35,151 bases of DNA from Chrysochromulina tobinii (taxonomy: Eukaryota). The stretch is taken from contig JWZX01002534.1 in NCBI GenBank assembly GCA_001275005.1, forward strand, positions 1 to 35,151, in the 5' to 3' direction. Of this stretch, positions 1 through 10,149 are shown piece by piece. The position numbers and the translations under genes are program-made. The notes under the pieces are model-generated. The model did not search any database, was not told the origin of the DNA, and saw nothing but the letters and a program-made list of their open reading frames with translations. The first letter of the stretch is position 1; every line of letters starts with the position of its first letter.

Positions 1-350
1 TCGCCCCGGGGTGTGGATGCCGCTCGAGTAGCGCGTCAGCGGGGCATGGGGATCCCCGGTGATCATGTAAATAGGGTGGAGACGTATCAAATGGAGTTGT
101 CGGTGCGCTTGGCGAGGTGGGATATGAAGTCAATGCCCTCGGAGTTGAGGGCCCCGCACGTGCTGATCGCGATGATGACAAGGCGCATGCTGGGTCCGAG
201 GTCACCGTATTCACACGGACGACGTTGCCAACGTGAAGAGGCTCACAGGACAAATTCACATTCTCCCAGATGCCCCACGAAAGTTCGACAGTCAATCCTG
301 TTTTCGCGGGGTCGTCACCCTCTCCTTGGGGGCGCGGATACACCACAACA

Positions 351-487
351 AGACGATGAGAACGCAGAGCGCATCGGAGCTCGGCTCGCAACTACCACGG
401 CGTGCACAATGCCGGCGATCGTCTCACCGAGTCAACCGATCCGGCAGAGTGCGCACATCTCTGACTATCCTGTGGCTCCTGCAGCTG
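351..487 (+). repeat. Direct repeat copy 1 (137 bp; partner at 1477-1619)
   Basis: Aligns to 1477-1619 with 4 substitutions and one 6-nt indel (ctactc present only in copy 2). Confidence 0.95.
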
Positions 488-908
488 GTGGCAGCGGATG
501 CACCAGCGATCAAGGCGCCGAGCCGTGTACAGTTCTCAGTGCAAGTAGACATCTGCGACTGGGAGCCGAAGCAGGCATGTGGAACGACCAACAGCACCGT
601 CGGCCTTGGAAACAGGCACGCTTCTTGCACCTGGCGCTGAACACGCGCCCATAGTCACGGCTGGAGCCTGCGACTATGGTGCGCTCGACTGGGTGTGGGC
701 CACAAACCCTCTCTCAGGTAAGCCATCGCTGCACGTGACGTTCGATTCGCACGTTATCGAGGACGCTTCCCATCCAGAGTGCTTCATTGAGTGGAACGCG
801 ACGACGGCAGTGCACAAGCCCACATCTGCCGCTGTGTGCTATGTGAGCGACAGCCGAGAGGGGTATCACCTCACGCACTACACCTTCGCGGTGTTGGCGT
901 GGGAGTGA
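356..908 (+). pseudogene. Possible frameshifted orphan gene with hydrophobic leader (paralog of 1482-2084)
   Basis: ATG 356 reads MRTQSASELGSQ...LTILWLLQLVAADAP and stops at 640. An overlapping frame (579-908) continues with protein-like sequence. No family recognised. Confidence 0.3.
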
Positions 909-1476
909 CACGTTACGCAACACAAGGGCAAGGCCAAAGCTGCTGCACCATATTGACACACAACAGTTTATGACGGGCATGCGTCAGTGGGGGCTGTGGC
1001 GTTTCCCACAGCGGATCCAGTGAGCCGGGGGATTCATCTCCTCGCGAGTATACGCATGCACATGTACATGATCATGCATGATAGCGCGCAGCCTCGAAGA
1101 CCTGCCGCATGATAGTGCGCAACCTCGTCCTCGAACCTGCCAAAGTGCCGTGCGTGTAGCTTCTAGCTACCGCCAAACCAGCGCGCAGTTTCCGTCACTG
1201 CGTCTTCTGGACAACCTGTGTGAAGCTGAGGCAATGGCTGAAGGACTCGTCGAAGTCACTCAGTTCAAAGGCACTCGACGAGCAGAATGAGATACCCACC
1301 ACCAATATACACCAAACACCCGATCGGACAAGTCCGGAAGTGTCGTCGGTCTCGTACTTCACCGCAGCAGGACTTCACACCGACCAATTCACCGACCCTT
1401 CCAGGGTTCGACGTCCCCGTGAGGAAGTCAGGAATCGGAGTACCCACCTTCGTCCTTGGCTGGAGGCGCACCAACC

Positions 1477-1619
1477 AGACGATGAGCACGCAGAGTGCAT
1501 CGGACTACTCGCTCGGCTCGCAACTACCACGGCGTGCACAATGCCGGCGATCGTCTCACCGAGTCAACCGATCCGGCAGAGTGCGCTCATCTCTGACGAT
1601 CCTGTGGCTCCTGCAGCTG
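1477..1619 (+). repeat. Direct repeat copy 2 (143 bp)
   Basis: Near-identical to 351-487. Confidence 0.95.
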
Positions 1620-2084
1620 CTCACGTGCGCGATGAGCCTGGACGTCGGCCTCGTGGCGGCACGATTAGTGAGCGGCCTACACCAGGCCCGATTCAGCGAC
1701 AGTGGGCTTGTTGTTGTGCGCCGTTGCGTGGCCGACGCCGACTGTGCCAACCAGAAAGCACGAGTCGCACTCGCTGCAGTGGCCACGAGGATCCTCGACG
1801 CACCAGCATGCCGCCTATGCGAGAGCTCGACCGACGCTAGCGCTGCAGCTATCACTCCGCGACGAGGTGTGCACGAGTGGGGCGGCATGAGGCTCAACAT
1901 TGGGGACGTCCTCGTATCGAGGTCAGGGCTTCTCGACACGCACCCGAGTCAGAATTGTCTGATCATGTGGGTGGAAGAGTGTGAAGCGGACGATCCAACG
2001 GCGTTCTGGGTCGATACGCTGCATGCCGCGAGAGGCACGACGCCGACGAGCGTCACGCAGTGGTCGAAGGGCACCATATTCTAG
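1482..2084 (+). CDS. Hypothetical protein with Arg-rich then hydrophobic N-terminal leader
   Basis: Open frame from ATG 1482 (MSTQSASDYSLGSQ...LTILWLLQLLTCAMS). The indel relative to the paralogous leader is in frame, and 2 of the 4 substitutions are synonymous in this frame. Confidence 0.35.
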   Translation: MSTQSASDYSLGSQLPRRAQCRRSSHRVNRSGRVRSSLTILWLLQLLTCAMSLDVGLVAARLVSGLHQARFSDSGLVVVRRCVADADCANQKARVALAAVATRILDAPACRLCESSTDASAAAITPRRGVHEWGGMRLNIGDVLVSRSGLLDTHPSQNCLIMWVEECEADDPTAFWVDTLHAARGTTPTSVTQWSKGTIF

Positions 2085-2247
2085 CCAGAACTCTCTGTTA
2101 TTGAAAGAACGGCTCAGGAACGCGGCGTTTGTCCGGCCGACAAACACAGGAAGTCGATTCATTCATTCGTTATGAATAACTGAGCATTCATTCGAACTGA
2201 GCACAGTCGTTCACACTCTCGTTCACACTGCTTCGCCGAAGTGTCCA

Positions 2248-3580
2248 ATGCGACTCCCTCCGCCCTTCAGCCGTCGACAGGCGCTTCTGCGCGCGCTGGT
2301 CGGTCTCACCGCCGGGCGCCTCTCCCTCGAGGGTGCCCGGCCAGCCCATGCAGCTTACACCGTCGTGTCGACGGGCTCGATCAGCGAGCTGCGGCCAAAA
2401 CTTGCTGACGTTGCTAAGAAGCTTGGTGACAAAACTTTTGAGGAGGAACCGTACCTCTTCGGCGAGAAAGCGCAGCTCGAGTGCGCTCCGCCACCCCTAC
2501 TGCCCTGCTCACTCTCGCGGCGCCCGCCCATGCTCTTTGGGCTCTTTCGGTGAGAGCCACGCACGTGTTCAGGGATGACGATGAGCTGCCCTCGGACAGG
2601 TTTGATATTCAGTCGCTGGAGAAGAACAAGGCGTACGCGCAGCAGATGTCCGCCGACGTGGCCGCCGGCATGCGCAGCTTCTACCAGAGTATGCGCATCG
2701 GCGTACCCGACATGGATAAAGCCGTGACTTTCTGGACAAAAGGCTGTGGCGCGCTCGTGCTCGACACGAAGCTGGTTAATGGTGTGAACGTGACACGCAT
2801 CGGCTTTGGGCCGCAGAGCATCCGACGGGACGACGGCGCCAAGTTTGCACTCGAGATGGTCGAGGGCCCATCGACCAGGTGCGAGCCTCAGCCCTTAGAT
2901 CGTCGAGCCTTCCGAGCAGAGCAACTCGATCATCCTTCGGTGCTCTCGCCCGCATGCCTGCTCGTATCACGTTCACCCGCGCTCGCTCGCCTTGCCCTCG
3001 CAGCTTTGAGACGGGCGGCGTGCTGCAGTACGTCCAGCTCGCCATCCCGATCTTCCGCCTCTCTCAGGTCATGAAGAACGGCGGCGACATTCAGTCCGCG
3101 TACGGCTGGACCCAGCTCACGGCGCCAGGCGGACTGCCGTTGCGGGTGCACATTGACGAGTCGCGCCGCGACCCGTTCGAGTTCGTGGCGCTTCGCACGA
3201 GCAGCCTCAAGAGTAGCGTGGCGCACTACGAGAGCCTCGGCCTGCGCAAGGTCGACGAAAAGTCCGGGCGCAAGGTCGAGCTCTCCATCAACAAGAACAC
3301 CATCTTCGAGAACTCGGATGCGTATGAGCCAGACCGGGAAGTCGGCTCCATCCTAATGTCATATGGAGACAAGAAGGCGGAGACGGGCGTGCTGCTGCTC
3401 CCGCCCCTCAAAGGTGCGAAGCTCATCACGGGCAGCAACGGCGCCGCGGCGGACCCGATGCCGCCGGTGATGAGCTTCGTGGGCGCGCCAGCCATCGTCG
3501 ATCGCCCGGGCCCGGACGGCGTGCTCAGTGTGTTCACGCCCATCGAGGAGTTTGAGGCAAGCCTTGTGAAGACGGCCTAG
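2248..3580 (+). CDS. Two-domain glyoxalase/VOC-superfamily protein with twin-Arg presequence (3 exons: 2248-2480, 2600-2878, 3004-3580)
   Basis: GT-AG introns 2481-2599 (alternative in-frame acceptor at 2572) and 2879-3003 join three ORF pieces in frame. VOC-like motifs: MRIGVPDMDKAVTFWTKGCG...IGFGP...ALEMV and EFVALRTSSLKSSVAHYESLGL...MSYG. The N-terminus reads SRRQALL...PAHA. Confidence 0.8.
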
Positions 3581-4717
3581 GCTGATGCACGTAGCCCCCA
3601 CCCAAAATTGCATGCAAATTATTGTCATGAATTCCATTTGAAAATTCATACAAGCGGGTCGCGGAACTTCACTCACAGGATTCCAGCACACGTCGACCCC
3701 AAATCCCCATGTGGTCATCTCTGACTTTGAGCACAGCTTCATCTGGCACCGTAATCGTCAGTGCCGCGGTCCGTGCTCACCCGTGACTAAGAACGCGATC
3801 CGCCCACCAGAGGAAGACGCCGACGATCACCGGATCGTAAGGGAAGTGCCGTGTTTTCGACGCCCTGGTCGTGGGATGCGTGGTTTGTAGCCGAGATGAT
3901 GGTCCAATGGAGTCTACTCTCGCTGGGATGCGCCCGACTCTCGCTAGTCTGTTGGATGACTGCAGCAGCGTACTTGAAATTCAATGGACCAAGAGTTCCC
4001 GCGGCATGGACCGGAGACGGGGCGGCTTTGCAAGTGAGGCGCGGCGGCTTTATTCGGCAGACACGCACGTATGTGCCTCGGCCCGCTACAAGAACGCCAC
4101 GCTGAAGCTGCAGAGCGCCTTGCGGGACCACGCCACGTTTGCAGCCTATCTCGCCGAGCAGACCGCCAGGCGGACGAGTCAGCTCTTTGGCCATGCGTTC
4201 CTCTCGGGGTACGCGCAGTTAGGGGGGCGAGGGGTCGAGTTGGTGCGGCGGCTCGCCGCTCGCGGCTTGGGATCCTGGCGAGCGCCTCTCCGCGAATGCG
4301 GCGCTCAAATCAGAGTACTTCGCTGCACTCGATAGCGAATGTCCTTCCGCTTCCCAAGCGCCAAGGTTAGGAACTGCCGCTGACCCACCGAAGCCACCGT
4401 CGAGCGTGGACTCGCCGTGAGTATCCCCCGTCAAGCCCTGCCGTCAAGACCCCTGCTCGCTCCCGTGAGAACTCATGCGTGAGAAACAATCATAGCTTCG
4501 CAACGCCCGGTAAGGTAACAACATAGGGGTTGAGGAAAATCCATGAAAACGCGGCCTCGCGTGCTGAAAAACCTTCCTTCAGTGCTTTCTTTCGTTTCTT
4601 ATGTACACGGTACCGTACATGGTACCGTACGAAGAGGAACATGTACCTGGATTGTGTTCGCTACATACGAGGCACACATGCAATGCTCTTGGACGCCTGT
4701 ACACGCGAGTGGATGGT

Positions 4718-5120
4718 TCAGAACTCCTGCTTCTTCGCCGTCAGCGTGCCATTGGCGAAAACGAAGACGTTCATATTCTGGTACTGCAGCTGTGGCAGCT
4801 CTGCAAAGCGCTTCTGGCAAGAGCCGCTGTTGTGGCCAAAATTGCCCTTGAGGGCGATCATCTGCCACGGCGTCTCGAGGCCGATGGTGTATCTCTGGAC
4901 GAGCACACGCAGTTTCTGGTCGTCGTCGGCGGTCCAGGGCCGCCTGCTCACGGAAGTGCGACCATGGAAGAGGGTGAGCAATAGGTGAGACGTCGGACAA
5001 GGCACATTCGGTAAGGTAGTAAATTCACCCGTCCTCCGGCGCCCAGACAGTCTGTTCAGTCGGGGCCCGTTTGGCTTTGTCCAGCTTCTCTATGTCGACG
5101 ACGGCGCCCGTCTTCGACAT
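4718..5120 (-). CDS. Small single-repeat Myb/SANT-domain protein (~105 aa; exons 5120-5029, 4943-4718)
   Basis: An 85-nt GTGAAT...GAGCAG intron (5028-4944) joins MSKTGAVV...APEDG to RPWTADDDQKLRVLVQRY...PWQMIA...SCQKRF, matching the Myb W-x19-W pattern with a C-x-x-R-F third helix. Confidence 0.75.
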
Positions 5121-5313
5121 GGCAACGAACACCAGGAACGCGGGTGGCCCGACAGACACCGACCCGACGCAGGTGCCCGTGAAAGAGAAGAACTTCGACT
5201 TGCCTAATTCGTCCAAGTCTCTCAGTTCTAGCGCTCACATATTTATATTTTTTCTTCAGAACTCGAAACTTTTCCTGATCACTGTTTTCATCTTCCATTT
5301 TCACACTTTGCGC
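5121..5313. promoter_or_regulatory. Short divergent intergenic region, probable bidirectional promoter
   Basis: 193 bp between head-to-head ATGs (5120 minus, 5314 plus), with an AT-rich core (atttatattttttttc near 5240-5256) in a GC-rich background. Confidence 0.45.
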
Positions 5314-5955
5314 ATGTGGTTGCTCCTGTCGCAACTATTCGTACCGATCTCAGCGATGCGAGTGCTCTGCTTACACGGCAAGGGCGGCAGTGCTGCCTCA
5401 TTTCTCGACGACCTCCAGCCGCTGCGCAGCGCCTTGCCTGCAATCGAGTTCCAAACCATGGATGCACCAGGAGGCACGCGCTCGTGGTGGACATACCCGA
5501 GAGGCGAGCGCTCGTTTTCTGCGTCGTCCTTCAGCGGCGACGATGTAAGTATCGCTGCTGTCGAGGCTGAACTAGTCAAAGGCGGCTACGATGGCATCTT
5601 GGGCTTCTCGCAGGGAGCCATGTTGGCAGCCGTCGTTGCTGCGAGGAGCGCGCTGGGCCAAGGGCCGCCGGACTCGAAGCTCAGCCTTACTGTCTGCTGT
5701 GGTGCTGCTCTTCCAAAGCCGTTCGAGCCACTCTTTGCGGCGCTGCGCGAATCAGGCGGCGCGCCCGCCATTCGCTCGTTGCATTGCTTGAGCGCCGTTG
5801 ATACCATGAATCCGCCGGAGCTGGGCAAGGCTCTTGCCACCAGCTTTGGAACTTCCGCATCGCTGCTGTGGCACGATAATGGGCACACTTTGCCGCCGTC
5901 AGAGAGCCTCGGTGAGCTGGTCGCATTCTTCGAGGCGCATCCTGCGCCAGCATGA
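5314..5955 (+). CDS. Serine hydrolase, FSH1/OVCA2 family (alpha/beta hydrolase)
   Basis: MRVLCLHGKG start motif, nucleophile elbow GILGFSQGA, acid in SAVDTM and His in HDNGHTLP. A short hydrophobic leader precedes Met at 5356, which is an alternative start. Confidence 0.9.
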   Translation: MWLLLSQLFVPISAMRVLCLHGKGGSAASFLDDLQPLRSALPAIEFQTMDAPGGTRSWWTYPRGERSFSASSFSGDDVSIAAVEAELVKGGYDGILGFSQGAMLAAVVAARSALGQGPPDSKLSLTVCCGAALPKPFEPLFAALRESGGAPAIRSLHCLSAVDTMNPPELGKALATSFGTSASLLWHDNGHTLPPSESLGELVAFFEAHPAPA

Positions 5956-6150
5956 GTACTCAGCTATCCTCGGGATGCGTGAACCACGCCGGATGGAGAC
6001 CCGGCGCGTGAAAACGTACGAGACGCCCGAATAGGCTGTGCGCGACTACTAAATGTAATGTCCATGTCGCCCCCGTTACCTCTGGGATCATGTGGGAGCC
6101 GTCGTCCTTAGGAGCCCTGTTTCTATCGTTTCGGAGATGAAATCCGCAAG

Positions 6151-7221
6151 ATGGCGCAGCCTTACGCCTTCAATCTCCTGATTATCGCTCTTGCGCCATG
6201 CCCGACGACTCGATGGGATGTCACCGACGTACTCACAGCCCCGCGCAGCAGCAGACGCATGAGTTTCTTGCAATCTGTCCACCGCCCGAACGACGTGGAC
6301 ACAGAAGATGGGGAGATAGAGTGGATCCGTCAGAATGGCCAGTTGCTCATGGAGACGCTGCACAGCTGCGGGGCTATACACTTTCGAGGCTTTGCTTCGC
6401 CGAGAACAACAATCGGTCTCCGCCAATTCTGCGAGGCGCTGCCGCTGATTCCATGCAAGGATCCGCTCACTAGCGTCGGCGTGCGGGGCGCACTTGGGGA
6501 TGGTGTCTACAGGGCAGTGGACTCTGAGAGCTTGTCCAAAACCTTTATCGGATTGCACAATGACGCCACCTATCGTCTCGCCGCGCCATTTGCTGCATTT
6601 GCTTGCTTCCAAGCTGCAGACCGCGGCGGCGAGTTCCTCCTCGCAGATGGCCGCGAAGTTTTGAGTGCGCTCTCACCGAGTCTGCTGCAGCAACTTCACG
6701 ATCGAAGGTTGCGCGTGCGCGTGGCGGCGCTGCCGACTGAATGGCTGGCACATGGGGGGCCGATGCCTCCGACGGTGCGCACACTGCTCGCGTCCGTCAT
6801 CGAGGGTGTTATTGGCGCCGCGTTGGCCGTCGGTGTCCCTCTAGGGCTTGAGCTCGCTTGGAGCTCCGACGGGAAATTGCTCCAGATTCTCGAGCCCACC
6901 AAGTCTGCCTTCAACCGTCACCCAGTCAGCCGCGAGCCCACGTTCTTCAGCGGGGTGCACTCACAATCGAGATACCTTCAGCAGGCTCGCGCCGCCGATA
7001 TGTTTGGCGGCGTCGGCGTCACCGATGTCTTGGACGGCGATCTCGCGCCGCTCGAGATCGAGCTGCTCGACGAGATCGAGAGCGTGATGACGAGACTCAC
7101 GCGGCGCGTGCTGATGCAGCCGGGCGATGTCGTGCTGCTCGATAGCTATCAGACCCTTCACGGACGCGAGACATTCGAGGGCCCGCGCCGGCACGGGGTG
7201 CTGTGGCTTACCTCGCGGTAG
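6151..7221 (+). CDS. TauD/TfdA (clavaminate synthase-like) Fe(II)/2-oxoglutarate dioxygenase
   Basis: GAIHFRGF, HxD in IGLHNDATY, GGEFLLADGR, and distal His/Arg in QPGDVVLLDSYQTLHGRETFEGPRR. The N-terminus is hydrophobic. Confidence 0.88.
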   Translation: MAQPYAFNLLIIALAPCPTTRWDVTDVLTAPRSSRRMSFLQSVHRPNDVDTEDGEIEWIRQNGQLLMETLHSCGAIHFRGFASPRTTIGLRQFCEALPLIPCKDPLTSVGVRGALGDGVYRAVDSESLSKTFIGLHNDATYRLAAPFAAFACFQAADRGGEFLLADGREVLSALSPSLLQQLHDRRLRVRVAALPTEWLAHGGPMPPTVRTLLASVIEGVIGAALAVGVPLGLELAWSSDGKLLQILEPTKSAFNRHPVSREPTFFSGVHSQSRYLQQARAADMFGGVGVTDVLDGDLAPLEIELLDEIESVMTRLTRRVLMQPGDVVLLDSYQTLHGRETFEGPRRHGVLWLTSR

Positions 7222-7459
7222 ACAGTATCCTCCACGCGCAGCAGTCGGCCGACGACGCATGTCAGCCATCATGGGCTGTCGTAGAGTCATCAGTTGATTT
7301 GTAGAGAATACAGTAGGCTGTGTAGGGTTACCACCGGGCTATGATATTGGCACACATCACGTGGCAACACACATTAAGATGATTGTTCTCTCTCTCTATC
7401 TCAATCTCTAACTCGGTGTCTCGGACCGGACTAGGCCACGCTTCCTATGATCATTTATC

Positions 7460-9604
7460 TCACCAATAGTCGCGGAACGAATTGAAGTTGTCAAAACGGC
7501 GCAGCAAGCTCTGCGCGACCCTGGAGCGTTGCGTGGCACTCAGCCGGGCGCTGTCAAGAAGCACCTGCGCGTCTTGGAGCATTTCTCTGCGCACGATGCC
7601 CCGCAGCCACTGCGCACCCGTCTTCCGTAGCCGTTGCACACGGAAGACAATTTCGCCAACGTCGCCGAGCTCCATCGGCGTCACCTCGAACTGCGAGAGA
7701 GCATCGCGTTGGAAGCGCGGCACCGCGCCGGCGGCACGTTGGGGCGTCCACTCGGCGCCGATGAGCAGCGCGTCGATGGCGAGCACTTCGGCTTGCATCG
7801 TATCGAGCGGGTCGCGCAGTGCGCGGTCGGCGGAGCGTACCTTGCGCCAGCCCGTGCGGAGCAGCCAGAGCAGCGCGGACATGAGCATGAGCGCAGGCAG
7901 TGTGGCCATCAGCTGCATGTTGAAGTCGTTGCGCTTGAGCATCGAGTCAATCGCCTCGACCTCTTCCTCCATGAGCAGCCGCAACTGCTGCACCAGCAGC
8001 AGCATCGAGCGGATGAGCTGCCCATTGAGCAGGCTGCTCACGGGCGCCTTCACCTGGTTCTCGAACGCGATGGTGACCGCCTCCATGGATCCTTGGCCCG
8101 CGCGCCGTAGAGCCTCCTCTAGGCTTCGGTCCGAGGAGCTCGGATGCGTGTCGCGCACGAACTCCTGCAGCATGCGTGCGAGCGCGGCCTTGGTCTGTGC
8201 CACCTGCGCCTTATCGATCGTGCTCTCGTAGCCGTGGAAGAGTTCCCGAGCGATCCCTCCGAGGGGCTCCGTCACGTGCGTCGACCAGAATCGTCGCGCG
8301 TCGGCTGCGACCTTGATACTCGCTTTGATGGCGTCATGCCGTGCGGCGAGCAGCACGGGCAGCCAGTGGGCGTACCCGTCCACCAGTATCAGCAGCAGCG
8401 CCGCCCACACGAGCGAGTGGCGTGCGAACACGTTGGGCGGTAGCAAAGCCGGCGGCGGCCGCCCCTCCCGCACCGCTTTGCGCACCATCCAGAGGTCGTC
8501 CAGCGCGTCGCGTGTGGTGGCGACGAGCGTGGCGCGCCGCGACGCGAGCGGCTCCACGTCCACGCTGCCTCGCGGGAAAGGCTCCGAGTACAGGGCGTAC
8601 GGGCCCAGCCGGTGGAGCGTGGCAGCCGTAGCTCGCAGCTGTGACGCGACGCGCGCGCAGATGCGTAGCAGGTACTCGTGCTGCGTGCGGCTCGGCTGCA
8701 CATCCCACGGCATGGAGGCGAGCGGCGGGCCGCCCACCCACCGGCCCAGCTCCAGCCACTCGCCACCCGCCTCGCGCAGTGCCACGCGTAGGTCGTGCAG
8801 GGCGCCCGCGTGGCACGCGAGAGCGCGCTCCGACCGCAGCAGCGCGCGACGCCGAGTGCCCAACCCAATTCGCGTGAGCCGGCCTCCGAGCGGCTCGTCC
8901 AGCTCGCGGTTCGCCTGGCTCGGCGTGGGTACGTCGTCGCGTGACGCGGCGGGCAATGCACCGCCCTCCTTGTCATCTGACTCCCACTCATCCTCCAGCT
9001 CCCATCCATCCTCCGCCTTCTTGCCCTTTCTCTGCTGCCCCTTGGTCTCCTCGCCCGCCTTGCGCACGCTTGTCTCGTCGCCCGCTTTGCGCACACGCGC
9101 CTTGGGCGGCGGCGTCACGAGGCGCCGGAGCTGCGAGACGCCACGTGCCACGGCGTGGTTTGCCGCCAGCGAGGCCGAGGGCCCGGCGACACGTCGCCAG
9201 CGGAGCCGCACACGGCCGACCCGCTCGTACGCCTCGCCGAGCTCCTTGAGCATCCCTTCGATACAGCCCAGCTGCGATCGGCACAGAAGCCAGAGGGATT
9301 CATAGTCGGTTTGCTGCGTCGGCCATCTTCGGCTCTTATCTTCGGCCAAGCCATCAACCTTTAGCCGCGACAGCAGCTGCGCCAGCATGAACTCGCCGCG
9401 GCGCGTGTGCCACTCAGCGTGAGGGCTCTCGTGGCGAAGGGACGTGGTGATCTCGCGCAGCACCACCTCGCGCATAAATGGGGTGATGATCGGCGGTAGC
9501 GGTGCGCCTCCAGAATCAAGGCCGGTGGCGCGGTCGAACGCCAGCAAGAGCAGCAAAGCCACTGCTTCGCGGCGGCCGCGAGGTGAAGGCGAACCCATCG
9601 ACAT
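7460..9604 (-). CDS. NCA2/DGS1-like protein (nuclear control of ATPase 2 domain)
   Basis: The C-terminal half has the NCA2 pattern FWSTHVTEPLGGIAREL...LARMLQEF...FENQVKAPVSSLLNGQLIRSMLLLVQQ...IDSMLKRNDFNMQLMATLPA with two hydrophobic segments. Start taken at ATG 9604 (or 9598); the ORF is open to 9982. Confidence 0.85.
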   Translation of the reverse strand: MSMGSPSPRGRREAVALLLLLAFDRATGLDSGGAPLPPIITPFMREVVLREITTSLRHESPHAEWHTRRGEFMLAQLLSRLKVDGLAEDKSRRWPTQQTDYESLWLLCRSQLGCIEGMLKELGEAYERVGRVRLRWRRVAGPSASLAANHAVARGVSQLRRLVTPPPKARVRKAGDETSVRKAGEETKGQQRKGKKAEDGWELEDEWESDDKEGGALPAASRDDVPTPSQANRELDEPLGGRLTRIGLGTRRRALLRSERALACHAGALHDLRVALREAGGEWLELGRWVGGPPLASMPWDVQPSRTQHEYLLRICARVASQLRATAATLHRLGPYALYSEPFPRGSVDVEPLASRRATLVATTRDALDDLWMVRKAVREGRPPPALLPPNVFARHSLVWAALLLILVDGYAHWLPVLLAARHDAIKASIKVAADARRFWSTHVTEPLGGIARELFHGYESTIDKAQVAQTKAALARMLQEFVRDTHPSSSDRSLEEALRRAGQGSMEAVTIAFENQVKAPVSSLLNGQLIRSMLLLVQQLRLLMEEEVEAIDSMLKRNDFNMQLMATLPALMLMSALLWLLRTGWRKVRSADRALRDPLDTMQAEVLAIDALLIGAEWTPQRAAGAVPRFQRDALSQFEVTPMELGDVGEIVFRVQRLRKTGAQWLRGIVRREMLQDAQVLLDSARLSATQRSRVAQSLLRRFDNFNSFRDYW

Positions 9605-10149
9605 CACACAGGGGTTGACCTCAATAAATCTCGCGTTTCTCTCGTGAATTTGAATCGACGGGAAGTACGCGGAAGAATGTCGGACGCAGCCGAGCGCCAC
9701 GAGCGCCCGGGCGGCAGATGGCTGCCCGTGGCCGTCCTGCGTCCCTTTGCCCCGGCGCACCTGCCCGATGTGGAGTGCATCTCCCGCATGGCGGAGCTCA
9801 TGCGCCAGGTACGCGTCGAGCGGCGTGGCAGATGGCCCACTGCTTGTTGGTCCTGCCTCACCGCCCCGCTCGATCGTGTGACAACCCCGCTCACCCCCCC
9901 TCGTCACCTCGCCACCGCACCCGCGCCGCCATTCAGGACGGAGGTGTGTCCGTTGTGGACGCGCCAAGGGACGCGCATCCAATGAGCGGCCACCTGATCA
10001 TTGCAGCCTCTGGGGTAGGCCTTGTGGCCCCGATCGAGCTCTCGTGTCCAACGGTACTCTCGCGATGGGCACAGTGGGTCAAAGAACAGGTCGGCACCCG
10101 CTGAAAAACAGCGAGCAAACTCTACCGGGAGTGGAAGGAGAGGGCGGGT

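Noticed and set aside
1050..1140. CATG-rich patch and short duplication (gcatgatagYgcgcaRcctcg x2); similar micro-duplications at 2160-2230 and 4603-4630
   Set aside because: Too short to separate from local slippage; no terminal inverted repeats, target-site duplication or transposase to indicate a mobile element.
3871..4335. 154-aa ORF (ATG 3907)
   Set aside because: No recognisable motif or supported splice model. It may be a gene fragment but cannot be supported.
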